Source: Malacoraja senta (lineage: Eukaryota). From it: a stretch of DNA of 64,000 bases. Both the position numbers and the translations under genes were made by a program. The notes under the pieces are model-generated. The model did no database searches. It was not told the DNA's origin and saw only the letters and a program-made list of their open reading frames with translations. The stretch spans positions 27,282,001 through 27,346,000 of the forward strand of contig CM075987.1 in assembly GCA_038087875.1 (NCBI GenBank). Reading direction: 5' to 3'. Positions 63,736-64,000 of the stretch are shown here, in pieces; the stretch's first letter is position 1; each line of letters begins with the position of its first letter.

Positions 63736-64000
63736 CTGAAAAGAAAAATAGAATGAATAAAATTGATCGTTATAAACAGAAACAAGTCTGTTCACATATT
63801 GAATTAGTTACATTCATGGTTAAAGTACACAATACTTTTTTTTTTAAAAGAAGCAATTTTTCTTCTCAATTTCCCCTTTAGCCATTGAACTCAAATTTCA
63901 CTGTACATTAATTGGTACATGTGACAATTAATTTGAATCTTGAACTAGCTTTCTCAAAAAATCACCAGGAAACATAACTTTAGTAAAGATGGAGAACTTT

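Overview
Vertebrate genomic DNA, almost certainly a cartilaginous fish (skate/ray-like, inferred from HE1-type V-SINEs and CR1/Penelope content). It carries the conserved PNPLA7 - MRPL41 - DPH7 block. I resolved 13 phase-consistent coding exons of PNPLA7 on the minus strand (1-47812, linker through CNB2/CNB3 to the start of the patatin domain); its N-terminal exons are not visible and probably fall in a 200-N assembly gap at 50427-50626. A CpG-rich bidirectional promoter (~51.0-51.4 kb) is shared with the single-coding-exon MRPL41 (+, 51698-52105), and the last two DPH7 exons lie on the minus strand. Introns are dense in transposons: an intact 5'-truncated CR1 ORF2 nested in an older CR1, a Rex1/Babar LINE interrupted by a GC-rich non-autonomous element, a Penelope GIY-YIG fragment, many V-SINEs, several MITEs, a 20-23 bp minisatellite and an L1 flanked by a ~430 bp direct duplication. 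The most notable signals are a family of short Penelope-derived, often fold-back elements with minimal hammerhead-ribozyme motifs and their own 10-14 bp target-site duplications, the giant L1 duplication, and an Arg-to-Ser change in the third cyclic-nucleotide-binding cassette of PNPLA7. All coordinates were read by eye; no searches were run.
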